DNA of 64,000 bases from Deltaproteobacteria bacterium (lineage in GTDB: Bacteria; Desulfobacterota; GWC2-55-46; JAJCZF01): assembly GCA_029262535.1 (NCBI GenBank), contig JAJCZF010000074.1, positions 78,883 to 142,882 of the forward strand. The letters run 5' to 3'. The position numbers and the translations under genes are program-made. Below, piece by piece: positions 30,301 to 38,797 of this stretch (the first letter of the stretch is position 1; each line of letters opens with the position of its first letter). The notes beneath the pieces are model-generated. The model saw nothing but the letters and a program-made list of their open reading frames with translations, was not told where the DNA came from and made no database searches.

Positions 30301-30856
30301 CTTTTCTCTTGGGGCGTCGGCGGTACTCCATAAGCCCGTGGAGAGGCGCGAGCTCTTTGAAACGCTCGAAAGACTCGGCTTTGACGACAGAGCCGGAGAG
30401 CTGAAGGTCCTTGTCATAGATGACGACCCGCAGTCCGTCGAGTTTGTCTCCCGTAACCTTGAAGAGGCGGGCTACAAGGTCCGGAGGGCCTATGGCGGAG
30501 AAGAGGGTATCGAGGCGGCGATGGAAGATAGTCCCGACCTCCTTGTCCTCGACCTGATTATGCCGGAGGTCTCGGGCTTTGACGTTGTGAGCGCGTTAAG
30601 GTCGAACCGGCCGACCTCCGTGATCCCCGTCATTATACTCACGGCAAAGGTCCTCACGGATGAGGATCGTGATATACTAAGTGGTAATGTTTTTGATATA
30701 GTCGAGAAGTGGGATTACAGGGCAGAGGACTTCGTCAGGGAGGTGGACTGTGCGCTGGGACGGAGAACCGTCGGCTGCGACGTCTGTCCCGATCCCCCAA
30801 TGGGGCCCGTAAAGGAAAGCGCCCCTTCGGCAGACGATTCTTTAAAACCGAAATAA
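27308..30856 (+). CDS. Large hybrid sensor histidine kinase: TM, extracytoplasmic sensor, TM, HAMP-like region, coiled coil, GAF-like region, HisKA, HATPase, and three receiver domains
   Basis: 1182 aa. H-box SHELRTPLNAIIGFSE and G2 GTGLGLMLVKRL. Receiver signatures (VEDD...DILLPSMSG, IDDD...DLIMPEVSG and a third) are present. Confidence 0.85.
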   Translation: MDTSGSNLKIGLRGKTLLGLGFLVFCALLILGGTTYWHSFKVAEKTAVEFAGEEIEQLTVGVGYLLKSSRADLKVIKSTPPIQGIIRAMDDDGFDVVGESTIDEWRGRLATIFDSFMRNNPGYSQLRYLDKDGNEIVRVELLGMAARIVPREELQNKADYPYFTEAIKLESGEFYSSDVTLNRERGPIETPHTPMLRLSTPIYDEVDVVSGVLVLNILADPIFDTIIPKTGIETYIIDDKGYFLRHPDSAKEFGGELGHGFSVSDIDYELDDDGSFDRHDKFVYHQPHENHIEGFKKVFFDPSDRTRYWNLLYKIPNEMVFASLYATRNSMLATGIPLGILSIILITLLVSRRVVRPVVSLSEAARKMRAGDLSIRVPEEEVTDEFRHLYRAVNEFAEAQQCAVERFERALTVRTEELQRSNIELLGSQSKLAARSGELENLNRALISSQSELDARNNELKTKAEYEGTMTRLIALFNSSFNEEYELKEMFSILGERLPLPCAAFYRYDEWSGKAVCVASKGNPECFVRAFSEDESHVNRVCVDLRPVVLEGDEIDFTCEAEGCEAGGAAIKPLAVFIHPVTYREKVLGALVIASTAQMDDLKKDFIEKLSIHLGIELNNLKQYADLKELSAQLKQKGKEIGQKNIQLEESNKMKSEFLANMSHELRTPLNAIIGFSEILKDGLMGEMADKQKDYCNDIFTSGQHLLSLINDILDLSKIEAGKMTLDLEGVSVPGLLKNSLMIVKEKAMSHSIGLELDLDERLGIASVDPRKLKQVVYNLLSNAVKFTHDHGTVSLAASLVEKDSGRMMEISVTDTGIGISEKNQKRLFKPFEQLEGAITKKYKGTGLGLMLVKRLTELHGGTVEVRSKKGEGSSFTVRIPYMADEGATAEESLFLPEKPLQEMSSEKGPLVLIVEDDAKAADITKAQLEERGYRTMTSETAEDGLKAAALMRPDLIVLDILLPSMSGWDFLQMIKDDDATCNIPVVIHSIVADSRKGFSLGASAVLHKPVERRELFETLERLGFDDRAGELKVLVIDDDPQSVEFVSRNLEEAGYKVRRAYGGEEGIEAAMEDSPDLLVLDLIMPEVSGFDVVSALRSNRPTSVIPVIILTAKVLTDEDRDILSGNVFDIVEKWDYRAEDFVREVDCALGRRTVGCDVCPDPPMGPVKESAPSADDSLKPK

Positions 30857-30881
30857 GAAGATTGCTCAAAAAAGAGATCTG

Positions 30882-31256
30882 ATGAAGATATTGATTATCG
30901 AAGATAATACCATTAATATGAAGCTTGCCAGCGATCTCATGGAGAGCGCCGGGTATGAGGTGCTTCAGGCCGTGGAGGCCGAAGCCGGGATAAGGCTCGC
31001 CAATGTTGAGCAACCGGAATTGATACTGATGGACATTCAGCTTCCGGACATCGACGGCATTACCGCCATGAGACTCCTGAAAGGGAATGAGAAGACCCGC
31101 GACATCAAGATAATCGCGCTCACGGCATTCGCCATGAAGGGCGACCGCGAGCGCATGCTCAAGGCAGGCTGCGACGGTTATATGGCGAAACCCATAAGAT
31201 ACAAAGAGCTCTTCAAGCTTATAAAGGTTATTACAGGTCATGCCGCTGATCTTTAA
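30882..31256 (+). CDS. Single-domain CheY-like response regulator
   Basis: 124 aa with IIEDN, DIQLPDIDG and K105-type residues. Confidence 0.85.
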   Translation: MKILIIEDNTINMKLASDLMESAGYEVLQAVEAEAGIRLANVEQPELILMDIQLPDIDGITAMRLLKGNEKTRDIKIIALTAFAMKGDRERMLKAGCDGYMAKPIRYKELFKLIKVITGHAADL

Positions 31257-31292
31257 TAAAGAGCTCTTCTTTTCCTTGAAAGGATTTGACTG

Positions 31293-32426
31293 ATGATAAT
31301 GGAAGACGCGCCAAGAAAGATACTGGTGGTGGACGATGAGGATACCAACAGAAAGCTTCTCAAGATACTGCTTGAAAGCCTTAACTACGTGGTCGATACG
31401 GCGTCAAACGGACAGGAGGCGCTTGATAAGGTTTCGGCCGAGCTTCCCGACCTCATCCTGCTCGACATAATGATGCCGGGCATGGACGGCTACGAGGTCT
31501 GCAAGAGGCTCAAGGAGAGCCCGGACACTTCTTTCGTCCCGATCATAATACTCTCGGCCCTCGCCGATATGGAGTCGAGGGTCAAGGGGCTCTCTATGGG
31601 CGCCAACGACTTCCTCTCAAAGCCCTTCGACAGGTCGGAGCTTGCCGTCAGGGTCGGAAATCTCTTGAAGGCCAAGGAGTACGACGACTTTATAATCGAG
31701 TATAACAGGATGCTGGAAGCGGAGGTCAACAAGAAGACCTCTGACCTGCAGACCGCCTTCGAAGAGCTGAGGGCGGCAAACGAGGAGCTTGTCGGCACCA
31801 ACAGTCTCTTAAAGGAAGGCTACCTCGACACCATCGAAAAGCTTACCTCCGTAGCGGAGTATAAGGATCACGAGACGGCCAATCATGTAATAAGGGTCCG
31901 CGAGTACAGCGGCCTCTTTGCGATTGAACTAGGCTTCTCTGATGAGGAGTCGGAGACGATCAAGTATGGCTCGACGCTCCACGATATCGGCAAGATAGCC
32001 ATTCCTTCCGAGATACTCCTGAAGACAGGGGGACTTACCAGCGAGGAGTTTGTTCTGATGAAGACCCATACCACGGTCGGGGCCGCGATCCTTGAGAACC
32101 CGGTATCCGATTATCTCAAGAAGGCCCGGGTGATTGCGCTCACACATCATGAGAGGTGGGACGGAAGCGGCTACCCCGCCGGGCTTCGGGGAGAGGATAT
32201 CCCTATAGAGGGCAGGATCGTGAATATCGTGGACCAGTACGACGCCCTGAGGAGCGTAAGGCCCTATAAGAGGGCGTTTGACCACGATACCGTATTAAAG
32301 ATATTGACCGAGGGGGACGGAAGGTCCATGCCCGGGCACCTGGATCCGAGGGTGCTTGAGGTCTTTTTGGATATCCACGGCAAGATAGCCGAGGTCTATG
32401 ACGAGTTTAAGGACGCCGGGGGTTGA
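31293..32426 (+). CDS. Response regulator with HD-GYP domain (second RpfG-like paralog)
   Basis: REC (VVDDEDTN...DIMMPGMDG), then HDIGKIAIP ... HHERWDGSGYPAGLRGEDI. Confidence 0.85.
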   Translation: MIMEDAPRKILVVDDEDTNRKLLKILLESLNYVVDTASNGQEALDKVSAELPDLILLDIMMPGMDGYEVCKRLKESPDTSFVPIIILSALADMESRVKGLSMGANDFLSKPFDRSELAVRVGNLLKAKEYDDFIIEYNRMLEAEVNKKTSDLQTAFEELRAANEELVGTNSLLKEGYLDTIEKLTSVAEYKDHETANHVIRVREYSGLFAIELGFSDEESETIKYGSTLHDIGKIAIPSEILLKTGGLTSEEFVLMKTHTTVGAAILENPVSDYLKKARVIALTHHERWDGSGYPAGLRGEDIPIEGRIVNIVDQYDALRSVRPYKRAFDHDTVLKILTEGDGRSMPGHLDPRVLEVFLDIHGKIAEVYDEFKDAGG

Positions 32427-32449
32427 GGCCGGACCACCAGAGATGACAT

Positions 32450-35400
32450 ATGAACGATAATGAAAAGACAAAGGAAGAGCTTATAAAAGAGCTGGCGGAG
32501 CTTCGCGCGAAGCCCTCAGAGGGCGTAGCCGCGGAGAGCGACCGGGACGAGTATAAGGCCTATTTCGATTATATGGGTGACGCCCTGATCGTCCTGGATA
32601 TGCACAGAAGGGTGCTGAGGCTTAATAAGTCCGCCAAGAGGATGCTTGGTTACTCGGACGAGGATATTTCCGGTCTGACTTTTGAGAAGCTCTTTCCGGA
32701 ACGTGAGCATAAGAGCCATTATGCCGAGATGGAGCAGGCTATTGAAACAAGGTCTATCAGGTCTATGGATACTACGCTCATCTCAAAGCGCGGGGTGGAG
32801 ATACCGGTGCTTCTGAGCGGTTCCGTAATGCTTGACCGGGAAGGCGAGCCGTGCGGTTTAATCGGCGTATGCAGGGATTACACACAGATCAAACGGCGCT
32901 ATGAAGATGAGTTATTGAGATCGGAACAGCGCTGCCAGCTCCACATAGAGAGGACCCCTCTCGCAGCCATAGAGTGGAACACCGACTTCGAGGTTGTGGA
33001 GTGGAACCAGGCCGCCGAGAAGGTTTTTGGCTATACAAGGGAAGAAGCCCTTGGCCGACATGCCGACTTTATCATCCACAAAGATGCCAGAGGCCATGTG
33101 GATAAGGTATGGCAAGATCTTATGGAAAGAGAGGGCGGCGAGAGAAGCACAAACCTGAACGTCACAAAGGACGGTAGGACCATATTTTGCGAGTGGTATA
33201 ATACACCGCTGGTCACAGGGGGCGGCGAGGTGATAGGAGCCGCATCTATGGCCCACGATGTAACGGAGCTTAAGGCGGCCCAAGATGCTCTTAGAAGTGC
33301 CCATTACGATCTTGAAGAGAAGGTCCGGGAGCGCACCGAAGAGCTGATAAAGACCAATGAGGCGCTCAGAGACAGAGAAAGAAGGCTCTTAGAGGCCGAA
33401 CGAGTCTCGGGGTTGGGTCATTGGGAGTACGACCTTCGAGACGGCAAACTCTACTGGTCCGATGAGGTCTACCGTATCTTCAACATGGACCCTGAAGAGA
33501 TAGAGTCCTCTTTTGATGCTTTTATGGAGAGGATTCACCCCGAAGACCGGGAAGAGGTCGCCAGGGCCTACCGGGAGTCGGTAGAGAACAAAACCGTCTA
33601 CGATATCGTCCACCGCCTCCTGATGGAAGACGGAAGCGTTAAGTATGTAAATGAGAGGTGCAAGACCGAGTATGACGAGGACGGGATTCCCGTGCGTTCC
33701 CTCGGTACGGTACTTGACATAACGAAACTCAAACAAGCGGAAGAAGCTCTCGGGGAGAGCGAGGGGAAATACCGCCGTTTGTTCGAGAACATGCAGGAGG
33801 GTTTTGCCTACTGCAAGATGGAGTTCGATGAACTCGGCAAGCCGGTTGATTGGGTCTACCTTGAGGTAAACGACTACTTTGAGCTTCTTACCGGACTCAA
33901 AAAGGAGGATGTGGTCGGCAAAAGGGTCACTCAGGCGATACCGACAATCAAGGAAACACACCCGGAACTCTTCGACATCTACGGCGACGTTGCTCTGACC
34001 GGCAGGCAGGCCAGGTTTGAAATCTATTTCAAACCCCTGGAGATATGGCTTTCCGTCGCGGCATACTGTCCGCGTAAAGGGTATTTTATTGCAATATTCG
34101 GCAACATCACGGAGCGTAAAGGGATTGAAGAGGCTCTGAGGGACAGCGAAGAGAGGTTCTCCAAGGTCTTCTATGCCTCGTCCGACATCATGGCGATAAC
34201 CAGGGTGAGCGACGGCCTGATCGTTGAGGTGAACGATACAATGTTGAAGCTGTTTGGCTACGAGCGCGACGAGCTCGTCGGCGATACCACGACCGGAAAG
34301 AATCTCTGGGGAGACCCCTCCGACCGCGATAGGATGGTCGAGATATTAAAGAGAGACGGTTGTATTAAGAACTTCGCTACGAAGGTTTGCACCCGTAGCG
34401 GTGAGTTACGCTCGATTATCTTCTCGGCCGACACCATTACTCTTCGTGGAGAGACGCACCTGATAACGCATGCAAGGGACATTACCGAAAAGCTTGAGGC
34501 GGAAGAACGTCTCAGGCAAAGCGAGGAGAAGTTCAGGGGAATCGCCGAGAGGAGTTACGACGCCATCCTGATGACCGACGCCGGGGGCCATTATACCTAT
34601 ATCTCTCCGGGAGATGAGAAGAACACCGGAGTAAAGGCCGAAGAGGGGATTGGCAAAGACTTCCGGGACTTTCTGCCGGAGAGATCGGTTCCGCTTGCCG
34701 ACAAGGCTTTCGCCAGGGTCCTTGGCGGCGAGACCGTAGAAGGGCTCGAACTTGAGGCCGTGCGCAGGGACGGCAGGCCCTTCTTTATCGAATGCAATAT
34801 CACTCCGGTCTATCAGGATAATGAAGTGTCCGGAACGCAGATAATATACAGGAATATCACGGAACGTAAGCGGGCCGATGAGGTTCGAATAAAGAATATC
34901 GAGTTGGAAAAAGTCAACAGGTTGAAGGACGAGTTTTTGGCGAATATGTCACACGAACTCAGGACCCCCCTTAATTCGATAATCGGCTTCTCGGAGATGC
35001 TCAAGGACGATATGGTCGGCAAGCTAACGGAAGTGCAGAAAGGACAGTGCGAGCTTATATTTAAGAGCGGACGACACCTCTTGGATCTAGTAAATGACAT
35101 ACTCGATCTTTCGAAGGTGGAGGCCGGAAAGATGCAGCTTGAGCTTGAGATGTCCAATATTTCTGAACTGCTCAAGACCGGCGGGCTTATCCTAAAGGAG
35201 ACGGCCCAGAAGCGCTCCATAGAGCTTTCACTGGACATTGCGGACGATATAGGTATCGTCTATGTGGACCCGGTAAGATTCAAGCAGGTAGCCTACAATC
35301 TCCTCTCTAACGCCGTAAAGTTCACCCCGGACGGCGGAAGTGTTTCGCTCTCGGCAAGGTCTATCGGCGCGGATCCGAACAGGATGCTGGAGGTAAGCGT

Positions 35401-35623
35401 TACCGATACCGGCATCGGTATACCGGAAAAGGATATTGAGAGACTCTTTACGCCCTTTGAACAGCTGGAGAATGTCTTTACCAAGAAATACGAGGGTACC
35501 GGTCTCGGACTCATGTTGGTAAAACGTCTCACGGAGCTTCACGGCGGTACTGTGGAGGTGAAGAGCAAAGAAGGCGAGGGGAGCACATTTACCGTAAGGA
35601 TTCCATACAGGGAGTCACTTTAA
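32450..35623 (+). CDS. Multi-PAS (about 5 PAS/PAC) sensor histidine kinase
   Basis: 1057 aa. Repeated PAS/PAC blocks are separated by coiled-coil linkers. H-box SHELRTPLNSIIGFSE. The ATPase core is nearly identical to that of the 27308 kinase. Confidence 0.85.
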   Translation: MNDNEKTKEELIKELAELRAKPSEGVAAESDRDEYKAYFDYMGDALIVLDMHRRVLRLNKSAKRMLGYSDEDISGLTFEKLFPEREHKSHYAEMEQAIETRSIRSMDTTLISKRGVEIPVLLSGSVMLDREGEPCGLIGVCRDYTQIKRRYEDELLRSEQRCQLHIERTPLAAIEWNTDFEVVEWNQAAEKVFGYTREEALGRHADFIIHKDARGHVDKVWQDLMEREGGERSTNLNVTKDGRTIFCEWYNTPLVTGGGEVIGAASMAHDVTELKAAQDALRSAHYDLEEKVRERTEELIKTNEALRDRERRLLEAERVSGLGHWEYDLRDGKLYWSDEVYRIFNMDPEEIESSFDAFMERIHPEDREEVARAYRESVENKTVYDIVHRLLMEDGSVKYVNERCKTEYDEDGIPVRSLGTVLDITKLKQAEEALGESEGKYRRLFENMQEGFAYCKMEFDELGKPVDWVYLEVNDYFELLTGLKKEDVVGKRVTQAIPTIKETHPELFDIYGDVALTGRQARFEIYFKPLEIWLSVAAYCPRKGYFIAIFGNITERKGIEEALRDSEERFSKVFYASSDIMAITRVSDGLIVEVNDTMLKLFGYERDELVGDTTTGKNLWGDPSDRDRMVEILKRDGCIKNFATKVCTRSGELRSIIFSADTITLRGETHLITHARDITEKLEAEERLRQSEEKFRGIAERSYDAILMTDAGGHYTYISPGDEKNTGVKAEEGIGKDFRDFLPERSVPLADKAFARVLGGETVEGLELEAVRRDGRPFFIECNITPVYQDNEVSGTQIIYRNITERKRADEVRIKNIELEKVNRLKDEFLANMSHELRTPLNSIIGFSEMLKDDMVGKLTEVQKGQCELIFKSGRHLLDLVNDILDLSKVEAGKMQLELEMSNISELLKTGGLILKETAQKRSIELSLDIADDIGIVYVDPVRFKQVAYNLLSNAVKFTPDGGSVSLSARSIGADPNRMLEVSVTDTGIGIPEKDIERLFTPFEQLENVFTKKYEGTGLGLMLVKRLTELHGGTVEVKSKEGEGSTFTVRIPYRESL

Positions 35624-36094
35624 AAGAGCCTACGATAGTACGCATTAATGGTATGTCAAGTAGCGTAGCGTCATGAAGTTTATCATAAGTTTTATCACAT
35701 TGGGGTGGAGTGAACCCCTGTAGTGAGATAGTTTTTCTTAGCACAATAGCGTTTCTGGTCTCCGGTGGCCGCTAATATTATGCAGCCCCCCTCTCTACCC
35801 TGGGGCGATCTAGGGAGAGGAGACCGGCGCACTCGACCCCGGTGAGGAAGTTGACCTGGGCGTGGATTTCGGCAAGGGCCCTGAAAGGGATACAAGGACG
35901 TCTAAAGCCCACCCATAAAGATTACCCAGTATTTAAAACATTTCCATCGTTAATCACTTATCTCGAAAAGTTGACCCTAAATCAGAATTATATTATAATT
36001 ATTCCTCACCGTAGGCCTTTCCCGTTTAGGGTGTTGATGACACCTCTCCCCATGAGCATTAAGGAATGGATTGAGTCAACATGTCTTAAGTTAG

Positions 36095-38176
36095 TTGATT
36101 GGGGTTGTTTCGATGCTCTCCTTATTTGTAGATCCTGATTTTTTAAGCAGGCCAATCCTTGACAGCCATTACAATCTTACCCTTGTCGCCCTTTCTTATG
36201 TGGTGGCCTCAATTGCCGCTTACGTAGCACTCTTTCTTTCGACACGCTTTCGCCTGGCTGCCACCGCAAAACAACGCTGGACATTGTTGGTATCAGGCGC
36301 TGTCTGTATGGGTGGGGGCATCTGGGCGATGCACTTTATCGGTATGCTGGCATTTCATCTGCCGGTCGAAGTCACATACGGCCTTTCTCTTACCTTTATC
36401 TCCCTGTTGATTGTTATCGCAGTATCGGCTTACGCCTTCTACCACGTCGGGCGCAAGAAGATAAGCAGATATAACCATCTCCTCGGAGCCGTCCTGATGG
36501 GGCTTGGAATCTCTTCAATGCATTACATGGGCATGGCGGCAATGCGCATGGATGCCATGGCACGTTACAGGCCGGGTATATTCTTCCTTTCGATAATCAT
36601 TGCCATAACCGCGTCCTATACCGCTCTGTGGCTCTTGCTCTACTTTTGCAAAGAAGAAAAAGGTCACGAAAATCTGTTCCACCTCCTAAGCGCTCTCGTT
36701 ATGGGGCTGGCGGTCGTTGGGATGCATTACACGGGAATGTATGCGGCGGTATTTGTCAAGACCACGACTTCACTGCCTCTCCAGGCAGCCGTCAACACAC
36801 ATCTACTGGCGTTTACCATCACGATAGCGGTAGCCGTCATCTTGTGTCTCGGCCTTCTGTCGGCCTTCCAGCTGGAGGTATCGCAGAGGAAGTCCGTCGA
36901 AGCGGCGCTAAGGGAGAGCGAGACCTTTCTGCGTACTATTCAGGAGAACGCCGCGGACGGCATCATCGTCATTGATGACGGCGGAACTATCAAAAGCTTC
37001 AATATGGCTGCGGAGAAGATGTACGGCTACTCCGCCGACGAGGTGTTAGGCAGGAACGTAGATATCCTTATGTCTGAGCCCTACCATAGCAGCCATAACG
37101 CATACCTTGAAAGGTATATTCGTACGAAGGAAAAGCGAATTATAGGAGTAGGCCGAGATGTGGAGGCCCTGAGGAAAGACGGGACCGTCTACCCAATACG
37201 CCTTGCCGTAAGCGAAACGTTCATTGGAGATTGTCGATCGTTTACCGCCATACTCCACGATCTTACAGAACAAAAAAAGGCCGAGGAGGATCTTAGGAAA
37301 CTTTCGCGCGCCGTGGAACAGAGCCCGGTAACAGTCATGATAACCGACCTCAATGGCGATCTGACCTACGTAAATCCGAAGTTCTGCGAGGTCTCCGGGT
37401 ACGAGGCTGAGGAGGTCATTGGAGAAAACCCTCGTTTTCTGAAATCAGGCCATACCTCGGATGAGGAGTACAAGACGCTTTGGAAGACGATCAGCTCCGG
37501 CAACGAATGGCGCGGAGAGCTCCACACCAGGAAGAAGAACGGAGAGCTCTTCTGGGAGTCGGCCTCAATCTCCCCTATTAAATCCGCCGATGGCGCGATC
37601 ACGCACTACGTAGCCATTAAGGAGGATCTTACCGAGAGAAAACGACTTGAAGAAAAATTAAGGGAACTATCGTTTGTTGATGGACTGACCGGTCTTGCCA
37701 ACCGCAGGAGCTATGAAAAGGCCATCAAGAACGAGTGGAACCGTGCGAAGCGCACGAAGACGGCTATCTCCGTCATCATGATTGATATCGATTATTTCAA
37801 ATCTTATAACGATACCCTGGGCCACGCCGCCGGAGATGAATGCCTGCGTAGCGTTGCCCTGTCTCTTAAATCGAAGACTGTCAGGGGCGGCGATATGCTT
37901 GCCCGTTACGGTGGAGAGGAATTTATCGTGATTCTACCCAGTTCCGACAAAAATACGGCAACCAGGCTGGCCGAGATACTCAGGGCGAAGGTCGAGTCGC
38001 TTGGCATAAAACACCCTGCGTCAGTAATATCAGATTATGTCACCATAAGTCTCGGAGTCGCATCTACGATTCCCGGTGAGGTAAGTGATTCAAGCACGCT
38101 CGTCTCGGCGGCTGATGGTGAGTTATACCGTGCTAAAGAGGAGGGTAGGAACATGGTTAAGGGAATAGAATTATAG
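36095..38176 (+). CDS. MHYT-domain membrane sensor, two PAS domains, GGDEF diguanylate cyclase
   Basis: Three MHY[IMT]GM repeats within 6-7 TM helices, then two PAS domains, then RYGGEEFIV (GGEEF). Confidence 0.85.
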   Translation: MIGVVSMLSLFVDPDFLSRPILDSHYNLTLVALSYVVASIAAYVALFLSTRFRLAATAKQRWTLLVSGAVCMGGGIWAMHFIGMLAFHLPVEVTYGLSLTFISLLIVIAVSAYAFYHVGRKKISRYNHLLGAVLMGLGISSMHYMGMAAMRMDAMARYRPGIFFLSIIIAITASYTALWLLLYFCKEEKGHENLFHLLSALVMGLAVVGMHYTGMYAAVFVKTTTSLPLQAAVNTHLLAFTITIAVAVILCLGLLSAFQLEVSQRKSVEAALRESETFLRTIQENAADGIIVIDDGGTIKSFNMAAEKMYGYSADEVLGRNVDILMSEPYHSSHNAYLERYIRTKEKRIIGVGRDVEALRKDGTVYPIRLAVSETFIGDCRSFTAILHDLTEQKKAEEDLRKLSRAVEQSPVTVMITDLNGDLTYVNPKFCEVSGYEAEEVIGENPRFLKSGHTSDEEYKTLWKTISSGNEWRGELHTRKKNGELFWESASISPIKSADGAITHYVAIKEDLTERKRLEEKLRELSFVDGLTGLANRRSYEKAIKNEWNRAKRTKTAISVIMIDIDYFKSYNDTLGHAAGDECLRSVALSLKSKTVRGGDMLARYGGEEFIVILPSSDKNTATRLAEILRAKVESLGIKHPASVISDYVTISLGVASTIPGEVSDSSTLVSAADGELYRAKEEGRNMVKGIEL

Positions 38177-38399
38177 ATTGTTGCGCTTAAAAGTTATTGC
38201 CGGGAATCAATATTTCTTGGATCTCCTTTGAGGTGCGCAGGTGTAGCAAGTACCTCGCCGAATCCTTTAAAATCTGCTAAAAGTTCCGAATGGCCTTTCT
38301 TAAGCTTATCATTCATAGCTCAGACTTATCGATTTATAGGGTGGCTACAAAATTTTATCACAATCGTAAAGCTGAACTAGACAATTCATAATATCTTCC

Positions 38400-38546
38400 A
38401 TTGACTCGGACCGATTTTATCATAATTAGCACAATTTGGCCGACTCGGAAGAGACGGCCAAAGACGCCACAGCGTAAGCAGTTGTTTTAGAAGAGGAAAA
38501 GTGGTGGGCGGTACTGGGTTCGAACCAGTGACTTCCACCGTGTGAA
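38400..38546. repeat. About 145-bp direct repeat, copy 1. It carries the R2 tail, a roughly 60-bp tRNA-Val 3'-flank and a 45-nt copy of the tRNA-Val 3' half (38502-38546, minus orientation).
   Basis: Identical or near-identical to 41583..41715. The tRNA part is an exact 45-nt match to the 3' half of the intact tRNA-Val. Confidence 0.65.
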
Positions 38547-38555
38547 AATGAGAAG

Positions 38556-38695
38556 ACGTATTTTTGCAAGGTCATGATTTTATTCTGGTTTCCCCTTTTA
38601 ACCTATAAAATCAAAGCCTTAGGCCGATTCCAATAATTCCATAGAGTCCAGTTAATTCCATAGTTTCGGACTGATTTTATCACAGTTGGGTGCAA
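38556..38695. repeat. R2 repeat family, full copy
   Basis: Shares the blocks TTTTTGCAAGGTCATGATTTTATTCTGG, AAAATCAAA and GACTGATTTTATCACA with 41476..41620. Confidence 0.5.
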
Positions 38696-38759
38696 GGCGC
38701 TCGTTGAGATTCATTAAAACAAGCGGGAAAGAAAAACCTTGACAGGCCGTATTGAAAGT

Positions 38760-38778
38760 GATATTCATTATCAATATC
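38760..38778 (+). promoter_or_regulatory. Fur-box-like operator overlapping the promoter of the FTR1 permease gene
   Basis: GATATTCATTATCAATATC matches the 19-bp Fur consensus GATAATGATAATCATTATC at 15 of 19 positions. It lies 20 bp upstream of the ATG and downstream of a TTGACA -35-like hexamer. Confidence 0.45.
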
Positions 38779-38797
38779 AACCTTTGGAGGTCTTTCT

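Noticed and set aside
35624-36094. 470-bp intergenic region with short GC-rich inverted repeats (CCTCTCTACCCT…AGGGAGAGGAG) as a possible riboswitch or ncRNA
   Set aside because: The stems are imperfect and I could not match any known riboswitch consensus by eye. Without covariance evidence it is not callable.
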